Positions 45,400 through 56,230 are shown, numbered from the stretch's first letter. The stretch: 64,000 nt of DNA from an uncultured Chloroflexia bacterium (GCA_963783055.1 CAWAMB010000004.1:1763368-1827367), one strand, 5' to 3'. The notes: generated by a model not told the origin, from the letters alone. Numbers and translations are program-made.

Positions 45400-46184
45400 G
45401 GGGTTCCTCCGATGGCGCCCTTGGCGCCGGAGATCCGGGTCCCGACCGGCTCGCCGGCGGCCACCCGGGTGATGTTGTCGGGCTTGTTGAGGTCGAAGAC
45501 GACGATCGGCAGATCGTTCTCCATGCAGAGCGAGACCGCCGCTGCGTCGAGGACCTTGAGCTGGTCTCGGAGCAGGTCCGCGTATTCGAGCGCAGCGTAG
45601 CGCCGCGCGTCCGGATGGGTCGCCGGATCGGCGTCGTACACCCCGTCGACCTTCGTCGCCTTGAGGAGGACCTCGGCGCCGATCTCGACGGCCCGCAGCG
45701 CCGCCGCCGTGTCGGTCGTGAAGTACGGGTTGCCGGTGCCGGCCACGAACAGGGCGACGCGGCCCTTCTCGAGGTGGCGCACGGCGCGGCGCCGGATGTA
45801 GGGCTCGGCGACCTCGTTCATCGCGATCGCGCTCATCACCCGGGTCGGCACGCCGGCTCGCTCGAGGGCGTCCTGGAGGGCCAGGCCGTTCATGACGGTC
45901 GCGAGCATGCCGATGTAGTCGCCGGTCGCGCGGTCCATGCCGCTCGCCGCGGCCGCGAGGCCGCGGAAGATGTTGCCGCCGCCGACGACGATCCCGACCT
46001 GGACGCCGAGCCGGTGGACCTCGGCGACCTGCCGGGCGATGAACGCGCAGAACGCGGGGTCGACGCCGTAGGAACGGTTGCCGAGGAGGGCCTCGCCGGA
46101 CAGCTTGAGCAGGATCCGCTGGTAGCGGACCCCGTCATGCGCCGCCGGGCTCGCGGCCGCGGTCGTTCCGGTGGCGTCGCTCAC
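45396..46184 (-). CDS. pyrH: UMP kinase
   Basis: 262 aa from the GTG at 46184, in a GTGA overlap with the tsf stop. It has [20 protein letters not shown] and [17 protein letters not shown]. Confidence 0.9.
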   Translation of the reverse strand: MSDATGTTAAASPAAHDGVRYQRILLKLSGEALLGNRSYGVDPAFCAFIARQVAEVHRLGVQVGIVVGGGNIFRGLAAAASGMDRATGDYIGMLATVMNGLALQDALERAGVPTRVMSAIAMNEVAEPYIRRRAVRHLEKGRVALFVAGTGNPYFTTDTAAALRAVEIGAEVLLKATKVDGVYDADPATHPDARRYAALEYADLLRDQLKVLDAAAVSLCMENDLPIVVFDLNKPDNITRVAAGEPVGTRISGAKGAIGGTP

Positions 46185-46780
46185 AGCTCCTCCCCGAGGG
46201 CATAGCGGACGAAGCGGCGGACGCGGATGTTCTCGCCGATCGTCGCGATCTTCTCGGTGACGAGATCGCGCACGGAGCGCTCCTCGTCGCGGAACGGCTG
46301 GTCGAGGAGGCAGACCTGCGAGTACCACTTCTTGAGCTGGCCCTCGACGATCTGGGGCCGGATGTTCTCGGGCTTCTTCTGGGTCGCCGGATCGGCGAGC
46401 AGCTCGGCCTTCTTGGCGTCGAGGACGTCGGCCGGGATGCCGTCCGCGTCGACGTACAGCGCGTTCATCCCGGCGACCTGGATCGCGAGGTCGCGGACCA
46501 GCTTCTGGAACTCGTCGGTGCGGGCGACGAAGTCGGTCTCGCAGTTGATCTCGATCAGGACGCCGAGCCGGCCACCGGTGTGGAGGTAGCTCGAGACGAG
46601 GCCCTCGCGGGCGTCGCGATCGGCCCGCTTGGCGGCGGCCGCGAGGCCCTTCTCGCGCAGCAGCGCGACGGCCTTCTCGACGTCGCCGTCGCTCGCGACG
46701 AGGGCGTTCTTGCAGTCCATGAAGCCGGCTCCGGTCATCTCCCGGAGGTCCTTGACCGCCTGCGCGGTGATCTCTGCCAT
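46181..46780 (-). CDS. tsf: Translation elongation factor Ts (short form)
   Basis: 199 aa from the ATG at 46780. It has [20 protein letters not shown] and [13 protein letters not shown]. Confidence 0.9.
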   Translation of the reverse strand: MAEITAQAVKDLREMTGAGFMDCKNALVASDGDVEKAVALLREKGLAAAAKRADRDAREGLVSSYLHTGGRLGVLIEINCETDFVARTDEFQKLVRDLAIQVAGMNALYVDADGIPADVLDAKKAELLADPATQKKPENIRPQIVEGQLKKWYSQVCLLDQPFRDEERSVRDLVTEKIATIGENIRVRRFVRYALGEEL

Positions 46781-46912
46781 GTGGTGGGTTCGCTCCTGGT
46801 TCTCGGTGGGCGGCGGGCCGGAGCCCGCGGTTGGGTCGGGTGGTCGATCGAGCACAGGGTGCCCGATCGGTCGAGCGGCGCGCCGGTCCGTCCGGTCGTC
46901 GCCGCCCGAGGG

Positions 46913-47866
46913 TCAGACGTTGGCGGGCTCGGCCTTCTCGGCGGCCTCGCGGGCGAGCTCGGCGGCGATCTCCTCCGGGCTGGCCTCGGCGGCGGGTGCC
47001 GCCTCGGCGACCGGGGCGATCGGGCGGGCGCCCGGGAGGAGCTCGTCCTCGTCGGCGTCGGGCTCGAACGAGAGCGCCTTGCCGCCGGCGAGCGCGGCGA
47101 CGAGCTCATCCGAAGCGGTCTCGTCGAACTCGGGCTCGGCCGACTGGACGACCTCGGGCTCGGGCTCGCTGGCGCGCGCCGCGCGCTCCTGCTGGCCTTC
47201 GATGCAGGCATCCGCGATCAGCGTGCACAGCAGGCGGATCGAGCGGATGGCGTCGTCGTTGGCGGGGATGATGTGGTCGATCTCGTCGGGGTCGACGTTC
47301 GTGTCACCGGTCGCGACGACCGGCAGCTCGAGCTTGTTCGCCTCCGTGACCGCGATCCGCTCGCGATGCGGGTCGATGATGAAGATCGCGCCGGGGACGC
47401 GCTTCATCTTGCGCATCCCGCCGACCGTCAGGGTCAGCTTGTTCATCTCGTCGGTGAGCTTGGCGGCTTCCTTCTTCGTCATCCGCTCGAAGTCGCCGGC
47501 CTGCTGGCGGGCCTCGAGCTGCTCGAGCAGAGAGATCCGCTTCTTGATGGTCGTGAAGTTGGTGAGCATGCCGCCGAGCCAGCGCTTGTTGACGAAGGGC
47601 TGGCCGGCCCGGTTCGCCTCCTGCATGATCGGCTCCTGGGCCTGCTTCTTCGTGCCGACGAACAGGACGTACTCGCCGTGGGCGACCGTCTCGCGGACGA
47701 AGTCGAGGGACGACTCCAGGTGCTTGACCGTCTGGGCGAGGTCGATGATGTGGATGCCGTTGCGCTCGGCGAAGATGAAGGGCTTCATCTTCGGGTTCCA
47801 GCGCCGGGTCTGATGTCCGAAGTGGACGCCGGCTTCGAGCAGCTGCCGCATGGAAACGTTCGGCAC
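46913..47866 (-). CDS. rpsB: 30S ribosomal protein S2 with an acidic C-terminal extension
   Basis: 317 aa from the GTG at 47866, with an AGGAGG RBS. It has [22 protein letters not shown] and [12 protein letters not shown]. Confidence 0.95.
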   Translation of the reverse strand: MPNVSMRQLLEAGVHFGHQTRRWNPKMKPFIFAERNGIHIIDLAQTVKHLESSLDFVRETVAHGEYVLFVGTKKQAQEPIMQEANRAGQPFVNKRWLGGMLTNFTTIKKRISLLEQLEARQQAGDFERMTKKEAAKLTDEMNKLTLTVGGMRKMKRVPGAIFIIDPHRERIAVTEANKLELPVVATGDTNVDPDEIDHIIPANDDAIRSIRLLCTLIADACIEGQQERAARASEPEPEVVQSAEPEFDETASDELVAALAGGKALSFEPDADEDELLPGARPIAPVAEAAPAAEASPEEIAAELAREAAEKAEPANV

Positions 47867-48077
47867 GGGGAGAGGCCTCCTGTCGGTGTGTTCCTCCGCG
47901 GACTTCTGTCGCCGGGTCTCCGGTCCCGTCGCGTGTCGAGACGCCTGCGCGCTCGGTCGTGAGGGTCCGGCACCGCCCCGGTCGGAACGGTCCGCGTGTG
48001 ATCTCCGTCGCCTCGGCGGTTGCCTGCGGCGCGGGTGGTGTCTTGGTCGGTCCCGGGCGTGCCCGGAGCCGGCGCGG

Positions 48078-48086
48078 AGTGTAGCA
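48078..48086 (-). promoter_or_regulatory. Extended -10-like nonamer TGCTACACT about 210 nt upstream of rpsB
   Basis: An exact nonamer followed by CCGCGCC. It would give a long rpsB leader. Confidence 0.4.
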
Positions 48087-48128
48087 CGGGCCCGCTTCCG
48101 GGCCGAACGGAGCGCCTCCCGGCCGCGG

Positions 48129-48500
48129 TCAGAAGGCGGCTCGGTGATGGCGAATCCGCTGACCGGCGGCGTCGTTGGACGGCTCGACGACGACGAGGTC
48201 GAAACGGACGGGGAGGCGTGGGCCAGAGGACGCATCCAGCCAGCGGCGCGCCCCATCGTGGAGGCGGGCACGCTTGCGATGGTCGACCGTCTCCTCGGCG
48301 ATCCCGAAGGCGCGCGATCGCCGCCACCGGACCTCGACCACCACAAGCTCGCGCGGCGGGCCAGGATCGATCGCCACGATGTCGAGCTCCGCGCGCCCTG
48401 CGTGCACCTGGCGAGCGAGAATCGTCCAGCCGGCGGCGGTCAGGCGGTCGGCGACGGACGCCTCGGCAGCGTCGCCGGCGCGTTGTGCAGGGGTTCGCAT
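48129..48500 (-). CDS. yraN: YraN family (UPF0102) endonuclease-like protein
   Basis: 123 aa with [24 protein letters not shown]...ELDIVA...LVVVEVR, matching the YraN pattern. Confidence 0.8.
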   Translation of the reverse strand: MRTPAQRAGDAAEASVADRLTAAGWTILARQVHAGRAELDIVAIDPGPPRELVVVEVRWRRSRAFGIAEETVDHRKRARLHDGARRWLDASSGPRLPVRFDLVVVEPSNDAAGQRIRHHRAAF

Positions 48501-48524
48501 CGGCCGATGATGCTCGGCGACCCT

Positions 48525-49049
48525 TTAGCGCGGGTTCGCTGGCGCTTCTCCGGCGACCGCGACGTCCGTCACGGGTTCGGCGACGAGCCGGCCGCCGCGG
48601 ACCGTCGCGCCGAGCACGATCGCCGCGGCCACGAGCACGACGTTCTTGATGATGTACTGGCCCTCGAGAGTCGGGGCAATCGGGAATTGCGTCCACGTCT
48701 CGGAGGGGAAGAGCACGAGCGGTGTCACCGTCCCGAGCATCTGCACGAACAGCAGCAGCAAGACCGCCCGCATCCAGCGGCCCACGAGCAGACCGATGCC
48801 GATCGCGACCTCCCACGTCGCGAGGACCGGCAGCGACACCGATGGCGCGATGAGCCCGCCGCTCAGCGCCTCGATCGTCCGACCTGCAAGCTCCTCAGCC
48901 GGGCTCAGGTTCGGGGCGAACTTCAGGGCGCCGAACCAGAGGAACACCACCCCGAGGGCGATCCGGAGCACGGTCAGGCCGTGGTCGGCCATCCAGGCGG
49001 TGATCCGGCGGTCGATCGGCTGGAGCGGCTGGATCGGGATGTCGGCCAC
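48525..49049 (-). CDS. DoxX/DUF417-like integral membrane protein
   Basis: 174 aa with about four TM helices. It has [17 protein letters not shown] and [14 protein letters not shown]. Confidence 0.6.
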   Translation of the reverse strand: MADIPIQPLQPIDRRITAWMADHGLTVLRIALGVVFLWFGALKFAPNLSPAEELAGRTIEALSGGLIAPSVSLPVLATWEVAIGIGLLVGRWMRAVLLLLFVQMLGTVTPLVLFPSETWTQFPIAPTLEGQYIIKNVVLVAAAIVLGATVRGGRLVAEPVTDVAVAGEAPANPR

Positions 49050-49052
49050 GGG

Positions 49053-49874
49053 TCAGGCGAAGGCGGGCAGCTCGGCCGTCTCGAACGGGGCGGCCTCGTC
49101 GCCGTCCGGGATCGGGTCGAGCGCGGCCAAGTCGCTCGCATCGAGCATCGCGTCGTCCGCCATCACCGGGACGGCCTCGCGGTCGAGCAGCTCGTGGAGA
49201 TCGGAGGAGGCGGCGGGGTCGCCGAGCAGGTCGAAGTCGAGCTGATCGCCCGCCAGCGTTCGCTGGAGCGCCAGGAACGACCGGCGGTGGAACGGCGTGA
49301 GGCCCATCGCCCGGATCGCCATCCGGTGATCGAGCGTCGCGTAGCCCTGGTTGTGCTCCCAGCCATAGCCCGGGTAGCGGGCGGCGAGGCGGATCATCAT
49401 CCGGTCGCGGACGACCTTGGCGACCACCGACGCGCAGGCGATCGAGTACACCTTTGCGTCGCCGTCGACGATGTTCGTGTACGGCCCGACGAGGTGCTCG
49501 AACCCGACGATCCGGTTGCCGTCGACCATCACGTGCTCGTGGCCGCCGAGCCGGGCGATCGCCCGGCGCATCGCGAGATGGGTGGCGTGGTAGATGTTCA
49601 GCTGGTCGATCTCGCGGACCGACGCGGCTCCGACGCCGACAGCCACAGCCCGCGCCCGGATGATCGGGGCGAGGCGCTCGCGCTGGGCCATCGAGAGCGT
49701 CTTGGAGTCGCGCACGCCGGGAATCCGATGGCAGCCGGGCTTCATGATCACGGCCGCCGCGACGACGGCGCCACAGGTCGGGGCAACGCCGACCTCGTCG
49801 ACACCTGCGACCCGGGTGAGGCCGTCGTTCCAGAGGCGGCGCTCGTGACGTAGGGTCGGGACGATCACGGCCAT
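49053..49874 (-). CDS. rnhB: Ribonuclease HII with a C-terminal acidic extension
   Basis: It has AGVDEVG, VRDSKTLS, VMVDGN and ASVVAKVVRDRMM. The usual GRG after DE(A/V) is replaced by GVA. Confidence 0.85.
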   Translation of the reverse strand: MAVIVPTLRHERRLWNDGLTRVAGVDEVGVAPTCGAVVAAAVIMKPGCHRIPGVRDSKTLSMAQRERLAPIIRARAVAVGVGAASVREIDQLNIYHATHLAMRRAIARLGGHEHVMVDGNRIVGFEHLVGPYTNIVDGDAKVYSIACASVVAKVVRDRMMIRLAARYPGYGWEHNQGYATLDHRMAIRAMGLTPFHRRSFLALQRTLAGDQLDFDLLGDPAASSDLHELLDREAVPVMADDAMLDASDLAALDPIPDGDEAAPFETAELPAFA

Positions 49875-49882
49875 CGGAGGTC

Positions 49883-49888
49883 AGGGTA
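49883..49888 (-). promoter_or_regulatory. -10-like hexamer TACCCT 8 nt upstream of the rnhB ATG (candidate leaderless promoter)
   Basis: Minus strand reads gGCTACCCTgacctccgATG. Confidence 0.3.
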
Positions 49889-50179
49889 GCCGGTCGGTGA
49901 TGGTGCCGCCTCCGGGCCCGGTCGATGGCTCGTACCGGCAAGATCGATGCGATCGATATCGGCTGGCCAGGACCGTCGACAAGGGCCCGCACCAGCAGCT
50001 CAGCTGGGCTCGGATCTGCGCTTGGGCACGCTTCTGCGAGCGTGAGGTTCGCCAACCGCAGACGTCCGCGATGGAGTCGCCCGTCCGCAAACCCACCCGC
50101 AACCCCTGGGATAGCGATGCGGGTCAATATCGCCAGCCGGAGGGCACAGATCAGAGGCGCCCGAGGGCCGGGAATCGAA

Positions 50180-50203
50180 CGACCCCGGCGCAGGCCGGGG
50201 TCG
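50180..50203 (-). terminator. Hairpin downstream of rplS (candidate intrinsic terminator)
   Basis: A perfect 10-bp stem, CGACCCCGGC-cugc-GCCGGGGUCG, sits 38 nt after the rplS stop and is followed by UUCGAUUCC. Confidence 0.5.
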
Positions 50204-50240
50204 ACAGGTGGGCGCGAGCCCGACTGACAGGCAGTCCGAT

Positions 50241-50591
50241 CTAGCGGGCGGTCCGCCGCTCGCGGAGGGTCGCGGCCTTGCCGACCCGGTCGCGCAGGAA
50301 GTAGAGCTGGGCCCGGCGGACCTGGCCGTGGCGGACGACCTCGATCTTCTCGATCCGTGGGCTGTGGATCTTGAACGTCCGCTCGACGCCGACGCCGCTC
50401 GCGATCCGGCGAACCGTGATCGAGCGGGTGATCCCGCCGCCGCGCAGGCGCATCACGATGCCTTCGAAGACCTGGACCCGCTCGCGGTTGCCCTCGACGA
50501 CCTTGGCGGACACCTTGACGGTGTCGCCGGAGGCGAGCTCGGGAAGGTCCGTGCGGAGCTGGTCGGAGACGATTTCGTCGAGAACGGTCAC
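50241..50591 (-). CDS. rplS: 50S ribosomal protein L19
   Basis: 116 aa from the GTG at 50591. It has [32 protein letters not shown] and [22 protein letters not shown]. Confidence 0.95.
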   Translation of the reverse strand: MTVLDEIVSDQLRTDLPELASGDTVKVSAKVVEGNRERVQVFEGIVMRLRGGGITRSITVRRIASGVGVERTFKIHSPRIEKIEVVRHGQVRRAQLYFLRDRVGKAATLRERRTAR

Positions 50592-50677
50592 GTGGGCGAT
50601 CCTTGGTTCGTTCGTCGGCAGCGCGAAGCTGCGGGTCGGTTGCACGAGGAACGGCCGAACGATTCGACCGGCGGCGG

Positions 50678-50686
50678 AGTATAGCA
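50678..50686 (-). promoter_or_regulatory. Extended -10-like nonamer TGCTATACT about 87 nt upstream of rplS
   Basis: It lies in the 184-nt trmD-rplS gap and is followed by CCGCCGCC. Confidence 0.45.
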
Positions 50687-50775
50687 TGGCGACCGCGTGC
50701 GCCCGGACGCCCATGGAGGAGATGTCCTGCGGCGCCGCGGTCGCAACCCGGCCGCCGGCGCGGCGAACCGCCCGG

Positions 50776-51456
50776 TCAATCCGACGGCGGCTCGAGCAGG
50801 TCGGGCCGCCTGGTCCGGGTCCGCATCCGGGACTGCTCCGTTCGCCAGCGCGCCACGGCACCGTGGTCGCCGGACGTCAGGATCGGCGGCACGTCGACGC
50901 CCCGAAAGGTCGGCGGCCGGGTGTATTGCGGGTACTCGAGCAGTCCGTCGGCGAACGACTCCTCCGTCGTCGAGAGCTCGTCGATGGCGCCGGGCAGGAG
51001 CCGGATGACGGCGTCGATGACGACGAGGGCCGGAAGCTCGCCGCCGGTCAGGACGTAGTCGCCGATCGACAGCTCGACGTCGACGAGGGATCGGACCCGC
51101 TCGTCGACGCCCTCGTAGCGGGCGGCGACGAACACGAGGTGTGACCGGGCCGCGAGGTCATGGGCGCGGGCCTGGTCGAAGACCTCGCCGCCGGGGTCCA
51201 TCAGGATGACGAGCGAGTCGGGGCGGCGGACCGAGTCGATGCCGTCGGCGATCGGCTCCGGGCGCATGACCATCCCGGCCCCGCCGCCGTACGGCGCGTC
51301 GTCGACGCTCCGATGGCGGCCGATCCCCCACTGCCGCAGGTCGTGGGTCCGGATCGTGGCGATGCCGCGCTCCTGGATCCGGCCCGGGATGCTGGCGGCG
51401 AGCGGCCCGCTGACCATCTCCGGGAACAAGGTCAGGACGTCGATCTCGAGCCCCAT
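50776..51456 (-). CDS. trmD: tRNA (guanine37-N1)-methyltransferase
   Basis: 226 aa from the ATG at 51456. It has [32 protein letters not shown] and [14 protein letters not shown]. Confidence 0.9.
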   Translation of the reverse strand: MGLEIDVLTLFPEMVSGPLAASIPGRIQERGIATIRTHDLRQWGIGRHRSVDDAPYGGGAGMVMRPEPIADGIDSVRRPDSLVILMDPGGEVFDQARAHDLAARSHLVFVAARYEGVDERVRSLVDVELSIGDYVLTGGELPALVVIDAVIRLLPGAIDELSTTEESFADGLLEYPQYTRPPTFRGVDVPPILTSGDHGAVARWRTEQSRMRTRTRRPDLLEPPSD

Positions 51457-51469
51457 CGGCGGCTCCCGG

Positions 51470-52174
51470 TCAGTCCTTGAGGACGTCGAACGGGTTCGGG
51501 CGGGGTGCCTCGGGGTCCGGCGTGGCCTCCGCGGCGCGGGCCGGACCCGTCGACGGCTTGGCCTTGCGCGACCCCGGCCGACGACGCGGCGCGCGCGGCC
51601 GCTCGGGATCGTCCGGGGCACGACGGCGCTTCGGCGGGGCCAGGTCGAGGGCCACCGGATCCACGACGATCTCGCCACGGCGCGGCGCAAAGATCCGGAT
51701 GAAGTCGCGCACGGCCGGCACGTCGAACTCGCCGTAGTCGCCGCCGGACACGACGTAGACCTCGGCCCCGCCGGAACGGTAGACGTCCTGGACCGTGCCG
51801 AGCACCGTCCCGTCGGTCGACGTCACGGTCGTCCCGACGACCTCGTGCCAGAAGTAGGCCCCGCGCGGGAGTGCCGCAACAGGCCCGGCGTCGATCTCGA
51901 GATAGACGCCCTTGAGATCCTCGGCTGCGGACCGATCGCGGACCTCGGCGAACTGCAGCCGCCACCCGGGACCGTCGGCGACAGCCGATGACCAGGTGAC
52001 GGTCAGCGGCTCGTTACTGCCCTCCCGCCACAGGCGCGAGCCGACCGCGTAGCGCTCCTCGGGCTTGTCCGTGAGGATCTCGACCCGGACGGCCCCGCGC
52101 AGACCGTGGACGCCACGGACCACGGCGACGGCGAGACGCTCGGGCGCCGCCCCGCCCGGCGCCGATTCGGTCAT
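51470..52174 (-). CDS. rimM: Ribosome maturation factor RimM with a basic C-terminal extension
   Basis: It has [29 protein letters not shown] and a PRC-barrel part. Confidence 0.85.
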   Translation of the reverse strand: MTESAPGGAAPERLAVAVVRGVHGLRGAVRVEILTDKPEERYAVGSRLWREGSNEPLTVTWSSAVADGPGWRLQFAEVRDRSAAEDLKGVYLEIDAGPVAALPRGAYFWHEVVGTTVTSTDGTVLGTVQDVYRSGGAEVYVVSGGDYGEFDVPAVRDFIRIFAPRRGEIVVDPVALDLAPPKRRRAPDDPERPRAPRRRPGSRKAKPSTGPARAAEATPDPEAPRPNPFDVLKD

Positions 52175-52182
52175 GACGACGC

Positions 52183-52416
52183 TCAGAGGATCTCGAGCGA
52201 GATCGGCTCGCCGTCGCGGGCGGCCGTCACCTTGAGGAGCGTCCGGAGCGCCTTCGCGACGCTGCCGTTGCGACCGATCACCTTGCCCATGTCGTCCTCG
52301 GCGACGTGGAGCTCGATGACGGTTCCGCCCTGGTCGCGGATGACCTCGACCTTGACCGCGTCGGGGTCGTCGACGAGGGACTTGGCGACGTATTCGACGA
52401 GTTCGGCTGCTGCCAT
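52183..52416 (-). CDS. KH-domain RNA-binding protein (UPF0109/YlqC-like)
   Basis: 77 aa with the KH GxxG motif MGKVIGRNGSVAKALRTL. It occupies the conserved position between rpsP and rimM. Confidence 0.85.
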   Translation of the reverse strand: MAAAELVEYVAKSLVDDPDAVKVEVIRDQGGTVIELHVAEDDMGKVIGRNGSVAKALRTLLKVTAARDGEPISLEIL

Positions 52417-52424
52417 CGGGTTCC

Positions 52425-52682
52425 CTACTTCTTGGCGGCGGGCACGATGCCGGCCGAGCGCATGAGGCGGAGGACGGTGTCGGACGGCTGAGCGCCCTTG
52501 GCCAGCCAGGCCTTGGCCTTGTCCTCGTCGATCTTCAGCTCGATCGGCTCGGTGCGGGGGTTGTAGTGGCCGATGATCTCGATCGCGCGGCTGTCCCGGG
52601 CGGATCGGCCGTCAGCCACGACGACGCGGTAGGTCGGCTGCTTGGTCGCGCCCACGCGCGTCAGCCGGATGCGGACTGCCAT
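52425..52682 (-). CDS. rpsP: 30S ribosomal protein S16
   Basis: 85 aa: [42 protein letters not shown]. Confidence 0.95.
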   Translation of the reverse strand: MAVRIRLTRVGATKQPTYRVVVADGRSARDSRAIEIIGHYNPRTEPIELKIDEDKAKAWLAKGAQPSDTVLRLMRSAGIVPAAKK

Positions 52683-52755
52683 CTGGTTCTGGTTCCTCCT
52701 GGTTGCTCCGCCGGCCTCTGGGGGGCCGGCTGGGCGAGCGGTGTCGGGCGGCGCC

Positions 52756-54771
52756 TCAGTGCGCCGAGAAGAGGCCGGTCCCCCGGTCGAGGGCGCCGTC
52801 CTTGCGGATGGTCGAGATCAGCACATCGAGCGGCTTGAGATAGGGCTGGATCTCCGTGGTGTAGTGGGTCCAGACTTCGGCCGGAACCTGCGTCTGGGCG
52901 AGCGGCTCGACGAGGGCACGGATCGCGGCGATGTCGAGGAACGTCACCCCGAGATTCTCGGCGCCGACGCGGCCGAGGAAGCCCTTGAACCGGGCATCGT
53001 CGCCGAGCGACTTGCCGGGCCCGGCATCGAGGACCTCCTTGACGAAGGTGCTGCCGTAGCCGATGACGGACACGTCGGCATTGGACGCCCATGCGAGCTC
53101 CGGCTTGTACCCCGCCGGGAGGCCCGTGGCGCCGCCCATCCCGGCGGCCTGGCTGACATCGATGATCGTGATCTTGGTCCCGTTGTGATCCTCGGTCCGG
53201 GTCGTGACCCCGGCACTGCCGCCGGCGAGCGCCAGGAACCCGTTGAGGGTCGTGAACAACCGGTCGGCCTTGGCGGCGTCGGTCGGATGGATCACCAGTC
53301 CGCCACCGATCGTGCCGTCGGCCAGGGGCGAGACGACGAGGGCAGCTGTCGCCCCACCAGCCGTACACCGCGTCCGGGCCACCGAGCAGGCTCAGGGCCT
53401 GGTCGAGCTGGGCGAACGCGGGCTTGGCTTCCTCGAGACCGCGGAACTTGGCGAGCAGCGCGCTGAGGTTCGGGCCGACGTCATGGATGTCGACGTAGAA
53501 GACGGTCTTGGCCGGCACGTGTCCGACGAGCTGGCTGGTCCGGCTCGTGCTCTCGTAGCCGATCGACCACGAGGGACCGGCCGTCGTGGCGACGATCGCA
53601 TCGTTCTCGAACCGGGCGGTGTTGGCCTGCCAGGCCGGGATCAGCGCGAGGACCGTCTCGTCGATCTGGGTCTTGTCGAGCGCGCCCGGCTGGTTGACGG
53701 CGAACATCTTGACCATCGCGTCGGCGTACAGCCGCGTCCGGGTGACGCCGAACAGGACGTAGTCCTTGTCGAGCGTCGCGAGCGCCGCCTTGACGTCGGC
53801 GTTCTGGTCGAACGTGCCCTTGCCACCCGTGTCGATCGCGGCCTTCACCGCGACCGCGGAGCCGGCGAGCATCACCTTGTCGTTGACCGCGAGCCCCCAG
53901 CTGCCATCGCCGGCCGGCGTGAAGAAGTCGGCGTCGCCGTACGTGCTCTGCGTGAGCGACGCGCCGTCGGCGGTCGCCTTCAGCCAGGCGATCGCCTTGC
54001 CCCGATCGGAGATCGAGACCGCGAACAGGCTGTCGTTGATCCCCGACATCCCGATGGTCGACGTCGTCGCGCCCGACGGGGCGCCGATGCCGAACGCGAT
54101 CTGGCCGCCGAACCACGGCTTGATGTCGGTGGTCCAGGTCTGCTTGTCCTTGGTCGCGGCCTTCACGATCCGATCGAAGATCTCGTCGATCTTGGGCTCG
54201 ACCGCGCTCTGATCCTTGAACCCGGGGAAGGCCTGGAGGAACGTGGCGAGCTTCTGGCGCTGGTCGCCCGGCAGATCGAGCCGGACCTCGTTGTAGCTGA
54301 ACGTGTTGGCGGGCATGTAGCCCATCGCCGGCGAGGTCGACGGCCGGCCACCGACCAGCGAGACGATCGCGAAGGACGCGGCGGCGACGATCACGACCCC
54401 GAGGATCGCGAGGCCCCAACGGAGACGGGAGCCGCTTCGCTGGGGCTCGGAGGCGCCGGACGGGCCGGTCTCGCCGACCGCCCCGACCCGGGCCGCCGGA
54501 AGGCTCTCGGCGGGTTCGTACGGTGACGGGCGCGTGATCGGCGTGTCCAGCGAGCGGATCGGAGCTCAGCGACGGGCCGGTTGAAGCCGCGGCAGATGCG
54601 GCGCTCGCGCTTGCGTTCGCGGGCGGCGTGGCCAGCGACGGCCACGCCTGGGTCGGGCTGTCAGCGGCGTCGATCGACGGTGCTCCGGTTGTCGTCGGCG
54701 GCGAATCCGCCTCAGACGGCGTGGCGCCGCTGTCGATCGGTTGATCGTCGGAGCGTGCGAGGCTCGGTCAT
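52756..54771 (-). CDS. Membrane-anchored secreted protein, DUF3352-like; one clear +1 break, and the 5' end is uncertain
   Basis: It has a TM anchor ([24 protein letters not shown]) and a long extracytoplasmic part. The frame changes at a GGGG run (53352-53355) between ...AVYGWWG and [12 protein letters not shown]..., continuing in the listed ORF 52756..53382. The TM helix starts upstream of the first canonical start (GTG 54394). The DUF assignment is from memory of the family. Confidence 0.6.
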
Positions 54772-54787
54772 GGCGCGAAGTCTCCCC

Positions 54788-56122
54788 TTACCGCCGGCCC
54801 ATGAGGCCGGCCATCGCGGCCTTGCGGCCACCGCCACCGCTGAGCTGCTTCATCAGCTTCGACAGCTCGGCGTGTTGCTTGATCAGTCGATTGACTTCCG
54901 TCAGGTCGGTCCCGGCGCCGGCCGCGATCCGCCGCCGGCGGGAGCCGTTGAGGACCGCCGGGTCGCGCCGCTCGCGCGGCGTCATCGCCCGGATGATGGC
55001 CTCGACCCGGCGCAGGTCGCCGCGATCGACGGCTTCCTGGGCCTGCTTGGCCATGCCGCCCATGCCCGGGATCATCCCCATGAGCTGACCCATCGGGCCC
55101 ATCTTCTGGACCTGCTGGATCTGCTCGAGGAAGTCCTCGAGGGTGAACTGCGACTTGCGCAGCTTCTCCTCGAGCTTGGCGGCCTGTGAGGCGTCGACGT
55201 GCTCCTGGGCGCGCTCGACGAGGGTCATCACGTCGCCCATGCCGAGGATCCGGCCGGCGAGGCGGTCGGCGTGGAAGACCTCGAGCGCGTCGGTCTTCTC
55301 GCCGGTGCCCATGAACTTGACCGCGAGCCCGGTCACGGCGCTGATCGAGAGCGCGGCGCCGCCGCGCGCATCGCCGTCGATCTTGGTCAGGATCAGGCCG
55401 GTCAGCGGAACGGCCTCCTTGAACGCGGTCGCGACGGCCACCGCCTCCTGGCCGGTCATCGCGTCGACGACGAGCAGGGTCTCGATCGGCTTGACGGCGG
55501 CGTTGACGGCCGAGATCTCGTCCATCAGCGCCTGGTCGACGCTCAGCCGCCCCGCCGTGTCGAGGATCACGACGTCGCGCGACAGGCGCTGGGCCGCCGC
55601 GACACCGCCCTTCGCAATGTCGACGACGGACGTCCCGACGGGCGCGCGGTGGACCGGGATGTCGAGCGCCTTGCCGAGCGTCTCGAGCTGGTCGGCGGCG
55701 GCCGGCCGATACGGGTCGGCGGCGACGAGAAGCGGCCGGCGACCCTGGCGCACGAGGTGCCGAGCGAGCTTGGCCGACGACGTGGTCTTGCCCGAGCCCT
55801 GAAGGCCGACCATCGCGACGACGGCCGGGTTGCCCGACAGGTGGAAGGTCTTGTCCCCGGCTCCCAGCAGCGCGACGAGCTCGTCGTTGACGATCTTCAC
55901 GATCTGCTGACCGGCGCTGAGGCTCTGCAGGATCTCGGCCCCGAGGGCCTGCTCGCGGACGCGGCCGATGAAGTCCTTGACGACCTTGAAGTTGACGTCG
56001 GCCTCGAGGAGGCTCAGCCGGATCTCGCGCATGGCGGCATCGACGTCCGCCTCACTGACACGGCCGCGGCCAGTCAGGTCGGAGAGCGTCTTGCGCAGGC
56101 GTTCAGAGAGGCTGTCGAACAC
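54788..56122 (-). CDS. ffh: Signal recognition particle protein Ffh
   Basis: 444 aa from the GTG at 56122 (VFDSLSERL...). It has GLQGSGKTTSSAKLA, DTAGRL, TKIDGDARGGAALS and a Met-rich M domain. Confidence 0.95.
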   Translation of the reverse strand: MFDSLSERLRKTLSDLTGRGRVSEADVDAAMREIRLSLLEADVNFKVVKDFIGRVREQALGAEILQSLSAGQQIVKIVNDELVALLGAGDKTFHLSGNPAVVAMVGLQGSGKTTSSAKLARHLVRQGRRPLLVAADPYRPAAADQLETLGKALDIPVHRAPVGTSVVDIAKGGVAAAQRLSRDVVILDTAGRLSVDQALMDEISAVNAAVKPIETLLVVDAMTGQEAVAVATAFKEAVPLTGLILTKIDGDARGGAALSISAVTGLAVKFMGTGEKTDALEVFHADRLAGRILGMGDVMTLVERAQEHVDASQAAKLEEKLRKSQFTLEDFLEQIQQVQKMGPMGQLMGMIPGMGGMAKQAQEAVDRGDLRRVEAIIRAMTPRERRDPAVLNGSRRRRIAAGAGTDLTEVNRLIKQHAELSKLMKQLSGGGGRKAAMAGLMGRR

Positions 56123-56221
56123 GGTTCGGGTAGGACTCCAGCATGGAACGGACCGAGCGGCGCGCCGTGGGGCGGGAACCGTCCGGGTGGTGCACGAGTT
56201 CTGGCGCACCGAGGCGCGGTG

Positions 56222-56230
56222 AGTGTACCC
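56222..56230 (-). promoter_or_regulatory. -10-like element GGGTACACT about 100 nt upstream of ffh
   Basis: The TACACT hexamer is followed by CACCGCGCC. It lacks the TGC of the full nonamer. Confidence 0.35.

Noticed and set aside
50160-50210. A GTTCGATTCC-like sequence on the minus strand that suggests a tRNA or tmRNA T-arm.
   Set aside because: The flanking bases do not form a 5-bp T stem around a 7-nt loop. There is no acceptor stem, D arm, anticodon arm or CCA context. The sequence is better explained as the 3' flank of a 10-bp terminator hairpin after rplS.
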